This document shows, one piece after another, positions 30,616-40,977 of a DNA stretch of 64,000 nt. Source of the stretch: Leptonemataceae bacterium (GTDB lineage: Bacteria; Spirochaetota; Leptospiria; Leptospirales; Leptonemataceae); contig OZ245742.1 in the NCBI GenBank assembly GCA_965227295.1, positions 5,472,001-5,536,000 of the forward strand, read 5' to 3'. Numbering within the stretch: position 1 is the first letter of the stretch; each line of letters starts with the position of its first letter. The notes beneath the pieces were generated by a model. That model made no database searches and was not told where the DNA came from. It worked only from the letters and a program-made list of their open reading frames with translations. The translations under genes were made by a program, and so were the position numbers.

Positions 30616-32595
30616 GTGAAGCTTCGCGTTCTTTTGTTTTCGCTGGCGACTGTGTTGCCGCTCGCATCGCTCTCCGCACAGCCCGCCGGTGAGGCCGTGC
30701 ATCTTCTGAACACCGAGGTCTTTCGCCTGCACGCCGGCGATGAACTGACTTCCGTTGATGATCGCGTGCAGCTCGTCGAAGGCCGTCTGGAGCAGTTGCT
30801 GCACGCGGAGTTTGTACCGGAAGAGCTGGAGATTCGCGGCGGCGAAGACTTTGCGGATCTATACTACGGCGAGACCGTGCTCGTGCGTTTTTCGAAAGCC
30901 GACGCGGCGGCCTATGATCGCAGTCCGGACGCCGTCGCGCGCGATGCCGGTCGGGCCCTCGAAGCGTTCTTCGCGGAGCTGGAAGCGCAACGCCGCAACG
31001 CCGGCCCGCCCGTCGAGCAGGTGGATGTGCAAACGATCTCCGATCTCGCGTGGGAGTTTGTGCTGCGCGAGGACGTGGGTTTGATCCTGCGCACGTCGGG
31101 CATCACGCTGCTGCTGCTCGTCAGCCTCGGCACGGTCTTTTACCTGCTCACGAGATTTTTTAATTTTCTGTATGCCCGCCTGGAACATCTCGAAGGTTCT
31201 TTTCGTCGCTCATTGCGCGTACGCAACGTGGAGTTGATCAGCGCCGAAACTCTGCACGGTGTATTTCTTTCGTCTCTACGCACGGCGCACTTGATCGTCT
31301 CGTTGCTCACCGTACTCATCTTTGCGAACTTCGTGCTCGGTTTGTTTCCCGACTCGCAGGAACTCTCGGTAAAAGAGTACGTGCGCGGCGGTGTCTATGC
31401 AATCTTGATTACGATCTTCGCCGTGAACCTGACCGGTGCCGTCAGCCGCCTGTTCCGCTGGATTCGCGCAAGCCTGCCGGCCTGGCAGAAACGGCTGCTC
31501 CCCGATCTTAAGTTCCAGCGCATGGTCCTGCTCTCCTCGCAGCAGGCCCTGGCCTTCCTCCAGGGCGCAGTTCGATTTCTGCACGTACTTACGAATCTGT
31601 TGCTGGCCTATCTCTACTTCGCCGCCGTGTTCGGTCTTTTTCAAGCCACGCGCGACTGGGCCGGCGCGCTCTTAACGTACATTGCGCAACCGTTATACGG
31701 AGCCGCCGCGGCCTTTGCGGCGTATCTGCCGAACTTATTTTTCATTATCGTGGCAGTGCTCGTTACACGCACGATCATTCGCGTGACCGGCCTGCTCTTC
31801 AACGCGGCCGGCCGCGGACGCATTCAGATCGGTGGTTTTTATCCGGAATGGGCGCGGCCCACTCACAGGTTGGTTTCGGTCCTGTTGATCGTGTTTACCG
31901 CGGTTATCGTTTTTCCGTACCTGCCGGGCGCGGACTCGGAAGCCTTTCAGGGCATTTCGATTTTCCTGGGCTTTATGATATCTCTGGGGTCCTCGGCGTT
32001 GATCGCCAACATCATGGCGGGCATCGTCGTCACATACATGCGTCCGTTCCAGGTGGGCGATCGCGTGAAGATCGCCGACACGGTGGGCGACGTGGTGGAA
32101 AAGACCCTGCTCGTGACGCGCGTGCGCACGACGAAGAACGTGGACATCACGATTCCCAACGGCATGGTCCTCGCGTCACACATCATCAACTACAGTTCAT
32201 CCGCGCGAGACCCGGGCCTGTTGCTGCACACTACCGTGACCATCGGCTACGACGTGCCCCACGAAAAGGTGCGCGATCTGTTGATCGCCGCGGCGCGAGC
32301 GGTCCCCGAGGTTCGGGACGAGCCGGCCCCGTTCGTGTTGCAGACGAGCCTGGACGATTACTACGTGAGCTACGAACTGAACGCCTGCACCGAACACGCC
32401 GGCCGCATGGCGGCGATCTATTCGGACATTCACGCGCGCATTCTCGAAAGCTTTCACGCGGCGGGAGTCGAGATCATGTCGCCGCACTTCTACGCCCTGC
32501 GGGACGGCAGCCCGGCGAACATCCCGGCGGCTCATCTTCCGAAAGACTACAGTGCGCCGCCGTTTCAGGTAAACGTGCAGCGACACGGATCTTAA
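30616..32595 (+). CDS. MscS-family mechanosensitive channel with N-terminal periplasmic domain
   Basis: [17 protein letters not shown]...[19 protein letters not shown]. Confidence 0.92.
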   Translation: MKLRVLLFSLATVLPLASLSAQPAGEAVHLLNTEVFRLHAGDELTSVDDRVQLVEGRLEQLLHAEFVPEELEIRGGEDFADLYYGETVLVRFSKADAAAYDRSPDAVARDAGRALEAFFAELEAQRRNAGPPVEQVDVQTISDLAWEFVLREDVGLILRTSGITLLLLVSLGTVFYLLTRFFNFLYARLEHLEGSFRRSLRVRNVELISAETLHGVFLSSLRTAHLIVSLLTVLIFANFVLGLFPDSQELSVKEYVRGGVYAILITIFAVNLTGAVSRLFRWIRASLPAWQKRLLPDLKFQRMVLLSSQQALAFLQGAVRFLHVLTNLLLAYLYFAAVFGLFQATRDWAGALLTYIAQPLYGAAAAFAAYLPNLFFIIVAVLVTRTIIRVTGLLFNAAGRGRIQIGGFYPEWARPTHRLVSVLLIVFTAVIVFPYLPGADSEAFQGISIFLGFMISLGSSALIANIMAGIVVTYMRPFQVGDRVKIADTVGDVVEKTLLVTRVRTTKNVDITIPNGMVLASHIINYSSSARDPGLLLHTTVTIGYDVPHEKVRDLLIAAARAVPEVRDEPAPFVLQTSLDDYYVSYELNACTEHAGRMAAIYSDIHARILESFHAAGVEIMSPHFYALRDGSPANIPAAHLPKDYSAPPFQVNVQRHGS

Positions 32596-32596
32596 G

Positions 32597-33412
32597 TTAA
32601 GATGGTCGCTTGTTAATGGGTTGCCACAGCCCGATCACTTTCAAGAACGCCGTCGTAAAGCGCGGCATCTTCATGTAGAACTTCACGAAGAACCAGAGCA
32701 GGAACGGGAAGATGTGCTCGCGTTTGTTTTTGCGGATGACGCGCACGGTTTCCCGCGCCACCCGCTCGGGCTTGAGGATGGGCAGCAGTTTCTGAATGCG
32801 CGGATACCAGCCCATGTCGGCGTCGTTGCGTTCGAAGTAGCCGGTATCCACCTGGGCCGGGCAGAGCAAGGTAACGCCGATCCCCCGGTGCGCGAACTCT
32901 TCGTACAGGGCGAAGGACAAACCGGTCATGGCAAATCTTCCGGCGGCGTACGGGAGCATGTAGGGCAACGAAAAGTATCCGGCCGGGCTGGTAAGATTGA
33001 CGATGTGTCCGCGACCGCGCGCAAGCATGCCGGGGATGACGTGATGGATGGCGACGATGGTCGCCGCGAATGGAAGCTGCACCGGCGCCAGGGCCTCGGC
33101 GGCGCTCATTTGTTCGAGGGGCTTGAACGTTCCGACGCCGGCGTTGTTGATGAGAATATCGATCGCGCCGTAACGTTGTTCGATTGCGATGAGCACCGGT
33201 GGTATTTTTTGATGGTCGCTGAGGTCGCAGGCGTGGGCCGAAGCACGGCCGCCCGCGCTTTCGATTTCCTGAACCACGGCATCCAGCTTCGATTGCGTGC
33301 GCGCGAGCACGGCGACGATGCAGCCTTCTTGTGCCAGTTGCAACGCAATGGCCCGGCCGATGCCCTGAGACGCGCCGGTGACCACGGCGACTTTTCCGTT
33401 AAGATCTTTCAT
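32597..33412 (-). CDS. Short-chain dehydrogenase/reductase
   Basis: [20 protein letters not shown] (YxxxK-like with Arg). Confidence 0.9.
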   Translation of the reverse strand: MKDLNGKVAVVTGASQGIGRAIALQLAQEGCIVAVLARTQSKLDAVVQEIESAGGRASAHACDLSDHQKIPPVLIAIEQRYGAIDILINNAGVGTFKPLEQMSAAEALAPVQLPFAATIVAIHHVIPGMLARGRGHIVNLTSPAGYFSLPYMLPYAAGRFAMTGLSFALYEEFAHRGIGVTLLCPAQVDTGYFERNDADMGWYPRIQKLLPILKPERVARETVRVIRKNKREHIFPFLLWFFVKFYMKMPRFTTAFLKVIGLWQPINKRPS

Positions 33413-33520
33413 GGTTTCTCCTGTAACGCTCGATCATCCTCTACATGGAAATACGTCAGCATTGACATAAAGATTCGGATGGACAATCATTTTCAGCTGC
33501 ATACAAGAGGCTGTTCTTCT

Positions 33521-34777
33521 ATGAATAAAAGTTTTTTGAAGTTCCTGTATCCCCGCGTCGACGCACGCATCCTCGATGTGGTCCGCGCCGAGACGCGCCG
33601 CAACCTGGCCCAGCTCGCACGCATTCGCCTGTGGGCGGCGTTGGCCTGGCTCGTGATGTCCGTGGTCGCCAGCGCAATGACGAAAGCGCCGGACTGGTAC
33701 AACACGCTGCCGTACATCGTCGGTTACGTTCTGCTGGCGTTGTTCTTTCGTTTCGCGCCGCAGGAGCGCACGTTTTTTCGCCGGTTGAATCTGTGGGTCG
33801 TTCCGCTCGCGGATTTGCCGATCGTCTTTTTCGCCATGTACGAATCGCTCCAGGTGAATCCGCATCCGCAACTGGCGGCCATGTCGGCGACGATCGTCTT
33901 CGTCGTCTTCATTCTCGCGGCGCCATCCAGCATCTACATCGGCCCCACGGTCCTGGCTGTCGTCGAAAGCATCGTGTTTACGAGCATCTTACTACACAGC
34001 GCCGGCGTTACGTTTCCACAGTGGGTGCCCTCGTTCGCATTGATCCTGATCGTCGCTGGAGTGACGGCCACGATCATCTCCCGGCGCGTGTTGACGATCG
34101 CCGCGCAGTACGCCGAGGAACGGACGTTGCGCAATCGCATGGGCCGCTACTTTTCCCCGGCAGTGGCCGATCGCATCTTAACAAACCGCCACGATGACGA
34201 ACGCAGCGTGGTGGAGAGCCGCGTGGTCACCGTGCTCTTCGCCGACATCCGCGGCTTCACGTCCATGTCCGAAACGATGCGCGGCGAAGACGTCGCCGAT
34301 CTCTTAAACGATTATCTTTCGCGCATGGTAAACGTCATCTTCGCCCACGGCGGCACCCTGGATAAGTTCATGGGCGACGGCATCCTGGCCTACTTCGGCG
34401 CGCCCCTGGACCTGCCGGACCACGGCGCCCTGGGCGTACGCTGCGCGCTGTCGATGATCGAGAGCCTCGAAGATCTGAACAAAGAACGCCGGGCCCGCGG
34501 CGAAGGTGATCTCGCGATCGGCATCGGCCTGAATACGGGACCGGCCGTTCTCGGCGACATCGGCCCGGACATTCGCAAAGAGTATACCGTAATCGGTGAT
34601 ACGGTGAACTTAGCGTCGCGCATTGAATCGCTGACGAAGACCATCGGCGTGTCGATCCTGGCGAGCGAGGCGACGATGCGCGCGGCGGAGGACGACTTCG
34701 ATTGGGAGAAGCGAGAGGCGTTACCGGTCCGCGGCAAGAGCGAACCGGTGCTGACGTTTACTCCGCGGGCGCGGTGA
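33521..34777 (+). CDS. Membrane-bound class III adenylate/guanylate cyclase
   Basis: Several TM segments followed by [33 protein letters not shown]. Confidence 0.93.
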   Translation: MNKSFLKFLYPRVDARILDVVRAETRRNLAQLARIRLWAALAWLVMSVVASAMTKAPDWYNTLPYIVGYVLLALFFRFAPQERTFFRRLNLWVVPLADLPIVFFAMYESLQVNPHPQLAAMSATIVFVVFILAAPSSIYIGPTVLAVVESIVFTSILLHSAGVTFPQWVPSFALILIVAGVTATIISRRVLTIAAQYAEERTLRNRMGRYFSPAVADRILTNRHDDERSVVESRVVTVLFADIRGFTSMSETMRGEDVADLLNDYLSRMVNVIFAHGGTLDKFMGDGILAYFGAPLDLPDHGALGVRCALSMIESLEDLNKERRARGEGDLAIGIGLNTGPAVLGDIGPDIRKEYTVIGDTVNLASRIESLTKTIGVSILASEATMRAAEDDFDWEKREALPVRGKSEPVLTFTPRAR

Positions 34778-34788
34778 GAGAATTTTTT

Positions 34789-34955
34789 ACTCCGAGGACC
34801 GAGACACCGAGGGAAAGATGGGAGAGTTGTCGGGCGAAAGCAAGATGGTTCAGTATGATGGAATCATTTATAAAGAATAAACCATCCGTAACTCACAAAC
34901 GTTCATTATACGATTACCCTCACAATCTTCCCCTCGGCACCTCGGCCCTCGGAGT
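34789..34955. repeat. CCGAGG hairpin element, copy 4 (167 bp)
   Basis: ACTCCGAGGACCGAGACACCGAGGG ... CCCTCGGCACCTCGGCCCTCGGAGT; inner GATGGTT/AACCATC. Confidence 0.9.
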
Positions 34956-35053
34956 CCGACCTTCCCCGCCACGCACTCAAGTGCACCCGCCATCGCAGCG
35001 GCAGGCCTCATTTTCGGTTGACCCGGTCCGTTCCGCGTGTCGTCTAAGTCGCC

Positions 35054-36373
35054 ATGGAAGTTCTCGGCGGCGGTTTGGTTTTTTTCGGTGCGTGCCTCGT
35101 TCTCGCGGCGGCGGTCCTGGTTTCGGTGCGACTCTATCAGGAGCGGCCGGAGTTCGTGCTCAAAGTCATGAAATACGGCCTCATCGGCGTGTTTCTCTTA
35201 GGTTTCAGTGCGGCGTCATTAGTGATCGGCCTGCGTATTGACGAACGGCACTCGTCCAGCTACAGCCGCGGCCTCAAGTCCGTGAACGAGATCTGGGGCG
35301 GGCAAATGCAGCAGTACCCGCCGGCGTTTTACTATCGTGAGAACGTAACGCAAGAGTACACCAACGAAAAAACGGGCAAGATCGAACGGCGCACCGTCTC
35401 CGAATCCCGGGACATGGGCATGGACGCACAAAAGGTCCGCGTCAAAGTCGACGCCAATGTCCGCCGTAAAGGCCTCTTAGAATACGCCGGATACGACTTA
35501 GCCTTCGAGGGCACGTACACCGTGCGCAACTTTCAGAAACAGCGCCGGGAGTTCTATTTCGATTTCACGTTGCCCCAGGGTGCCGGCAATATCACGGGCA
35601 TCCAGGTGGAGCTGGACGGTAAACCGTATACCGGCGACTCCAACCTGGCGAACGGCATCAACTGGAACGGCGTGCTTGCTCCCGGCGAAGAGCGGGTCTT
35701 CAAGATCACCTACGCCGCGAAGGGCACCGAGCGTTTCGACTATCTACTCGGCAACACCACGCGAGAGCTGCGCAGCCTGGATTTCGTCGTGCTGACCGAT
35801 TACACTGACGTGCGCATTCCGGATACGTCCATGGCCCCGGTGGAGCGGGCCGGAGATTCCGAGGGCAGTCGCTTCGTGTGGCGCGGCGAAAACCTGGTGA
35901 CGGGGCAGAACATCGCGCTGCGCTTCGAACTGGAAGGGAACTACGGCTCCATCGCCGCGAAGCTGTTTTATTATTCGCCGCTGGCCCTGGCGCTCTTCAC
36001 GGGTTTTCTCTTGATCATGAACGCCGCGAAGCAATTGCGCCTGCATCCCATGCACTTTCTTTTTCTGCTCACGGGCTTTTTCATTTTTTATCTGTTCGGT
36101 TCTTACGTGATCTCGTTCGTGCACGTCATCCTGGGATTCGTCCTGGCGTTGCTGCTGTCCACGGGTGTAATGTTGTACTACGTGAAGTTAATCAAGAAAG
36201 ACGCCGTGCTCATGCAGACCATCGCCTTCGGAGCGGGCATGTTCCAGTGGGTGTTTTCGACGGCGTTCTTCTTTCCGGCCTATACCGGATTTCTCATTAC
36301 GATCGCCGCCATCCTGGCCTTTGTGGCCCTCATGCGCTCCACGGCGGACGTGGACTGGGAGAGCAAGTGGTGA
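35054..36373 (+). CDS. CreD-like inner membrane protein
   Basis: N-terminal TMs, ER..WGG.Q segment, soluble domain, C-terminal TM bundle with LHPMHF. Confidence 0.62.
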   Translation: MEVLGGGLVFFGACLVLAAAVLVSVRLYQERPEFVLKVMKYGLIGVFLLGFSAASLVIGLRIDERHSSSYSRGLKSVNEIWGGQMQQYPPAFYYRENVTQEYTNEKTGKIERRTVSESRDMGMDAQKVRVKVDANVRRKGLLEYAGYDLAFEGTYTVRNFQKQRREFYFDFTLPQGAGNITGIQVELDGKPYTGDSNLANGINWNGVLAPGEERVFKITYAAKGTERFDYLLGNTTRELRSLDFVVLTDYTDVRIPDTSMAPVERAGDSEGSRFVWRGENLVTGQNIALRFELEGNYGSIAAKLFYYSPLALALFTGFLLIMNAAKQLRLHPMHFLFLLTGFFIFYLFGSYVISFVHVILGFVLALLLSTGVMLYYVKLIKKDAVLMQTIAFGAGMFQWVFSTAFFFPAYTGFLITIAAILAFVALMRSTADVDWESKW

Positions 36374-36429
36374 ATCATCATTCCGTAAATGCTTGATCTC
36401 CAGGGCGGCGTCTGTAATATTCGCCGCCT

Positions 36430-37356
36430 ATGGGTGTCGATGAAGTCCAGTTGAATTTTAACCCCACGTCCCTGATGGTGCTGAACGTCATCCTGGGCCT
36501 GGTGATGTTCGGCATCGCCCTGGATTTACGGGTGGCCGACTTTCGCAACGTGCTGCGCACGCCGAAGGGCCCGCTCATCGGCGCGCTGGCGCAGTTTTTG
36601 TTACTGCCGGCCATTACCTATGGACTCACCCTCATCGTGGACCCGCTGCCGTCCATCGCTCTCGGCATGATGCTCGTCGCGGCCTGTCCGGGCGGCAACA
36701 TCTCGAATTTTATCACGCACATCAGCCGCGGAAACACGGCGCTGTCCGTGAGCATGACGGCGCTCTCCACCGCGGCGGCCATCATCTTCACGCCGATCAA
36801 CATTGCCTTCTGGGGCTCATTGAATCCGAAGACCAGCGCCATCCTCACGGAAGTCGAACTCGATCCGTTGCAGATTCTTCTGACGGTCTTTCTCTTGCTC
36901 GGCGTACCGTTGGTGTTGGGCATGGGCATCTCTCATCTCCGGCCGGCCATCGCGCACAAACTCAAGAAACCGTTTCGCATCTTTTCGATGGTGTTCTTCG
37001 GCATCTTCGTACTCGGCGCCCTGGCCGCGAACTGGCAGCACTTTCTAAATTACGTAGGCCTCGTCGCCATCGTCGTGGCGATTCACAACGCCATCGCCTT
37101 TACCATCGGCTACTCGTCCGCCCGCGCATCGGGGCTTTCGAAGTACGACAGCCGCGCCGTGTGCATTGAAACCGGCATTCAGAATTCCGGGCTCGGACTC
37201 ATTCTGATTTTCAACTTCTTCGGCGGCCTGGGCGGCATGGCGATCATCGCGGCCTGGTGGGGCGTGTGGCACATCATCGCCGGATTTTCGGTGGCGTGGA
37301 TGTTTTCGCGAAGATCACCCCACCCGCCGGGCAGCGAAATACCGGCGGGGACTTGA
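36430..37356 (+). CDS. Bile acid:sodium symporter family protein
   Basis: MFGIALDL, AQFLLLP, ACPGGNISN, IETGIQNSGLG. Confidence 0.93.
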   Translation: MGVDEVQLNFNPTSLMVLNVILGLVMFGIALDLRVADFRNVLRTPKGPLIGALAQFLLLPAITYGLTLIVDPLPSIALGMMLVAACPGGNISNFITHISRGNTALSVSMTALSTAAAIIFTPINIAFWGSLNPKTSAILTEVELDPLQILLTVFLLLGVPLVLGMGISHLRPAIAHKLKKPFRIFSMVFFGIFVLGALAANWQHFLNYVGLVAIVVAIHNAIAFTIGYSSARASGLSKYDSRAVCIETGIQNSGLGLILIFNFFGGLGGMAIIAAWWGVWHIIAGFSVAWMFSRRSPHPPGSEIPAGT

Positions 37357-37368
37357 GCATTCGGGAGG

Positions 37369-37556
37369 AGATTTACACCGAGGCTCCGAGGCGCCGAGGA
37401 TTTTGGGGAGGGTCATCGCAGGGGAGACGCGCGAAGGTAATTCGTGGTTAATCTTATTTTAGTTTAATCTAATGCAATATCAATTGCAGAACAGCGTAAA
37501 TCCCACCGCGACTCTCCCCGTCTTCCCTCGGCGCCTCGGAGCCTCGGTGTAAATCT
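37369..37556. repeat. CCGAGG hairpin element, copy 5 (188 bp, perfect 31-bp terminal inverted repeat)
   Basis: AGATTTACACCGAGGCTCCGAGGCGCCGAGG ... CCTCGGCGCCTCGGAGCCTCGGTGTAAATCT. Confidence 0.93.
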
Positions 37557-37566
37557 TCGTTCTTGC

Positions 37567-40059
37567 CTACCCCGCGTTCCTCGCGATCGCTTCCCAGAGC
37601 GGCTTCTTCAGGATCGGCTTCGTTAAGTGCTCGTTGCAACCGACCGCCCGGCTCTTCTCGATGTCCTCTTTCCGCGCGTGGGCCGTGAGTGCGAGGATCG
37701 GCACAGGAGCGAGACCCTGGCTCTCCTCCCATTCCCGGATGTGCCGGGTGGCCGTGTAACCGTCCATGACCGGCATCTGAATATCCATGAGCACCAGGTC
37801 GTAACGTTTGTCTTTGGCCCGGTCCACGGCCTCGGCGCCGTTGCGGGCGTAGTCAAGATGCGCATTCGCCTTCTTAAGATATGCTGTAATCAAGTTAAGA
37901 TTGTCTTCGTTGTCGTCGGCGAGCAAAATATTCAGGCCCTCGGGAAACGGCAGGGGTTGCGGGTGCGCGGTTTTTTGATCGCGCAGGCTGGTGCCGGGCA
38001 GTGTGGCGTCGCTGCTTTCCAGCGGCACGCTGAAACGGAACGTGCTGCCCCGGTCCGGCTCGCTCTCCACCCCGATCTCGCCGCCCATGAGTCGGACCAG
38101 TTGCCTGGAGATGGCGAGCCCCAGGCCCGTGCCGCCGTAACGACGCGTCGTCGAAGAGTCCACCTGCGTAAAACTCTCGAAGATTTCGCCGTGTTTCGCA
38201 GCGGGAATGCCGATGCCGGTGTCGCTGACCGAAAACTCGATCACCACCCGAGCGTCGTCCCGTTGCTCCAAAAGCCGCACCTCGATGCGCACCGCCCCCC
38301 CGGACGTAAACTTCACCGCATTACCGGTTAAGTTCGTCAGCACCTGGTCGATACGATTCACGTCGCCGATCAACCTGAGGGGCACATCTTCCGCCACGTG
38401 AAAGTGCAAGTGCAGATCCTTCTCTTTCGCCGCCGGCGCAAAGACGTCGCAAGTATCCGCCACTAACCGCTGCGGATCGAAAACCAGGCGATCCAGTACC
38501 AGGCCGCCGGCTTCGATTTTCGAAAGATCGAGTACGTCGTTCACGAGGCGCAACAGACCATCGCCGCTTCGCATGAGCACACGGACATAGTCGCGTTGTT
38601 CCTGATCCAGACGTTCTCCGGCGCCCTCGTTTAAGAGATCCGCGGCGCCCAGAATCGAGTTCAGCGGCGTCCGCATCTCGTGGGACATCACGGCGAGGAA
38701 CTCGGACTTCGCCCGGCTGCCGGCCTCGGCCCGTTCCCGCGCCGCGGCCAGATCGTTGCGCGACTCTTCCAGTTCCCGCGTGCGTTCACGCACCCGGCGC
38801 TCCAACTCCACGGCGAATCGTTCCTGGGTCCGATACGCCCGCGCAAAACGCACGGCCAGGTACGCGGCCTGGGAAAAGATGAACAGGAAAAATCCGAACG
38901 GCGTGAGATAGACCGTTTGTAAGATCTCCAGGTTGTAGAGGACGTCGTTGACCGCGGTCGCGAAAAAAACGGACCACCCGATCATAAACAACACCGCCCC
39001 GTCTCGACCGCGGTAACAGGCGATTCCGAATACGCCGAACAGACACGCCCCGAGCACCACCACGGCAATCTGGAAGAAACCCATGGTCGCCGTAAACCAT
39101 TGAGACGGGAGCACCAGCGTCGCCAGGCTTAACAGCAACACAGGAATACTTACCAGGAGATGAATCCACCGCGGCATTTCGACGGGAAAGATCCGATGAA
39201 TGAACGCCGCCCACGCCGGCACCGCCAGATAAAATCCCAGGTACTGCAACCGAACATAAAATGTCCAGTCGATGGACGGCCAGATTCTCGACAGAAAATG
39301 CTCACCGGTGGTTAAGGATCGACTGGCCATCAAAAGACAGAAGAGCGCGAAGTACATGAGGTAACGCTCGGACGGGCGCAACGCAAAAAACATGAGATGA
39401 TAAAGCCCCATGGCAATCAGCGCGCCGAAGAGGGACAGTTCCAGGATGCGACGGTTGTCAGTGGACGAACGCAGGCGCTCGAAGTCACCCAGCAGCAGAC
39501 TCGTCCAGGTACCGCCCTTCGCGTGATGAAAATTCGAAATGTGCAGTACAAGCTCGTTCTCGCCGCGTTGCAGCGGAAAGGCCAGCACCTCCGGCCGGTA
39601 GAGCGGTCGCGAGCTCGCCTGATTCTTGCCCGGCTCGCCCTGGGAAAGCAACTCCCGTCCGTTCAGGAAGAGCCGGTAAGCCGTATGCACGGTGGGCGCG
39701 TAGACCGCCGCGGAAATGTTCCGGTCGGCCAGGATCCTTAATCGATAACTGGCGTAACCTTCGCCGGAGAGAGGTTTATCGACACCCGGCGGGGTACTGC
39801 CGTTCCACATGCCCGGCACGGAAATCAACATCGCGGCTTCGCCGTCGGCCGGAGGGTTCGCCGGATCCAGGAAACGACGCCAGTAGAACTCCCACTGCCC
39901 GTCCAGGGCGACGGTACCATCGGACGGTTGCCAGCCGCGCAAATCGAGGACGCCGCTCGCCGGAGCCGGTAGCCCTTCCGGAGCCTGCGCCGTGCAGCCG
40001 ACAAATACTGCCAGCAACAACAGCGCAGACACGAATATTCGTGCAGGGGACGGCGACAT
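37567..40059 (-). CDS. 7TM-DISM hybrid sensor histidine kinase/response regulator
   Basis: GVLDLRGW...LDGQWEFYW extracellular domain, 7TM region, SHEMRTPLN, NAVKFT, GGTGLGL, receiver LMDIQMPVMDG. Confidence 0.94.
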   Translation of the reverse strand: MSPSPARIFVSALLLLAVFVGCTAQAPEGLPAPASGVLDLRGWQPSDGTVALDGQWEFYWRRFLDPANPPADGEAAMLISVPGMWNGSTPPGVDKPLSGEGYASYRLRILADRNISAAVYAPTVHTAYRLFLNGRELLSQGEPGKNQASSRPLYRPEVLAFPLQRGENELVLHISNFHHAKGGTWTSLLLGDFERLRSSTDNRRILELSLFGALIAMGLYHLMFFALRPSERYLMYFALFCLLMASRSLTTGEHFLSRIWPSIDWTFYVRLQYLGFYLAVPAWAAFIHRIFPVEMPRWIHLLVSIPVLLLSLATLVLPSQWFTATMGFFQIAVVVLGACLFGVFGIACYRGRDGAVLFMIGWSVFFATAVNDVLYNLEILQTVYLTPFGFFLFIFSQAAYLAVRFARAYRTQERFAVELERRVRERTRELEESRNDLAAARERAEAGSRAKSEFLAVMSHEMRTPLNSILGAADLLNEGAGERLDQEQRDYVRVLMRSGDGLLRLVNDVLDLSKIEAGGLVLDRLVFDPQRLVADTCDVFAPAAKEKDLHLHFHVAEDVPLRLIGDVNRIDQVLTNLTGNAVKFTSGGAVRIEVRLLEQRDDARVVIEFSVSDTGIGIPAAKHGEIFESFTQVDSSTTRRYGGTGLGLAISRQLVRLMGGEIGVESEPDRGSTFRFSVPLESSDATLPGTSLRDQKTAHPQPLPFPEGLNILLADDNEDNLNLITAYLKKANAHLDYARNGAEAVDRAKDKRYDLVLMDIQMPVMDGYTATRHIREWEESQGLAPVPILALTAHARKEDIEKSRAVGCNEHLTKPILKKPLWEAIARNAG

Positions 40060-40685
40060 CAGGACGACTTCTTTGCCCGGCGACTTTGCGTCGTTTGCTT
40101 ATCCCGCGCCTGCTCCTGCGCGCGCGCTTCCGGCTTGAACCGGCGCATCATACGTGAGTCGAGCAACAGATGCGTGTAATGACCGATAACGCACGCCGCC
40201 GTGTAGATCCAGTTTTCCACCCACCATTCAAAGACGTTCTCCAGTTCAAAGCCCCAGAACCAGGAATCACGCGCGCGTAAGTACTCGTGCGTCACCGCAA
40301 TCAAGAAACCGAAGATCCAGGGCGTGATCAGCCAGTGCGTCCACCCGCGATGTTTGTGCAACATCGGTGCGAAGCCGGCGATGGCCACGAACGCAAGCAC
40401 TTCCAGGTCGCCAATAATGTACAGGCCGATCAGGAAAACGAACATAATGCGAAAGTAGTACTTCTGCGGCGTGGAACCGGTATCGAGGTCCGGAAAGAGT
40501 CCCATGAACCAGGCCAGGAACGAAGCCGTGATGAGCCGGCGCAGATCGCCGCCTTCTTCCATGGGATTGCGGACGAACTCTTCGAGTTCCGCCATGGTCG
40601 GTTCCACCTGGCCGGTGACGACTGCCAGCGCGCCCACCGCGGCACCGGCAACGATGGCTCCCTGGATGTGCTGGGGGAAATTCAC
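40059..40685 (-). CDS. Membrane metal-dependent hydrolase (YdjM/DUF2227-like)
   Basis: N-terminal H, FPDLD, HRGWTH, HLLLD motifs; GTG start chosen. Confidence 0.8.
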   Translation of the reverse strand: MNFPQHIQGAIVAGAAVGALAVVTGQVEPTMAELEEFVRNPMEEGGDLRRLITASFLAWFMGLFPDLDTGSTPQKYYFRIMFVFLIGLYIIGDLEVLAFVAIAGFAPMLHKHRGWTHWLITPWIFGFLIAVTHEYLRARDSWFWGFELENVFEWWVENWIYTAACVIGHYTHLLLDSRMMRRFKPEARAQEQARDKQTTQSRRAKKSS

Positions 40686-40763
40686 ACGTACGTCATAGAA
40701 CGGATTGTGCCAGGTGTAAAGTTGGAATCGAACACAACAGTTTGGATAAAAATGCGGCACGAC

Positions 40764-40886
40764 TTTTTTGGGCGCCCCCTTTCGCTACGCGAAAGGTCGG
40801 GCTACTCCGGGCTCCGCTGTCGCTGCGGTCTCGCTACGCGAGACTGGCGGCTGCGCCGCCACCCTGCGTATCCCTGGCGCGAAGAA
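40764..40886. repeat. Multi-stem structured intergenic element with GCTACGC/GCTGCGC-tipped hairpins
   Basis: CCTTTCGCTACGCGAAAGG, GTCTCGCTACGCGAGAC and TGGCGGCTGCGCCGCCA, enclosed by GCGCC...GGCGC. Confidence 0.65.
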
Positions 40887-40977
40887 TCGCAGACCGGAAT
40901 CTTTTTTTCTATTGAAGCCAGCACGCGCCTCTGGTTGATTAGGTGCAGCACTTCGCCGGAGTTTTCATTATCCCACT

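Noticed and set aside
32621..33520. Long N-terminal extension making a 718-aa cyclase
   Set aside because: This part is antisense to the SDR gene; the real start is most likely ATG 33521.
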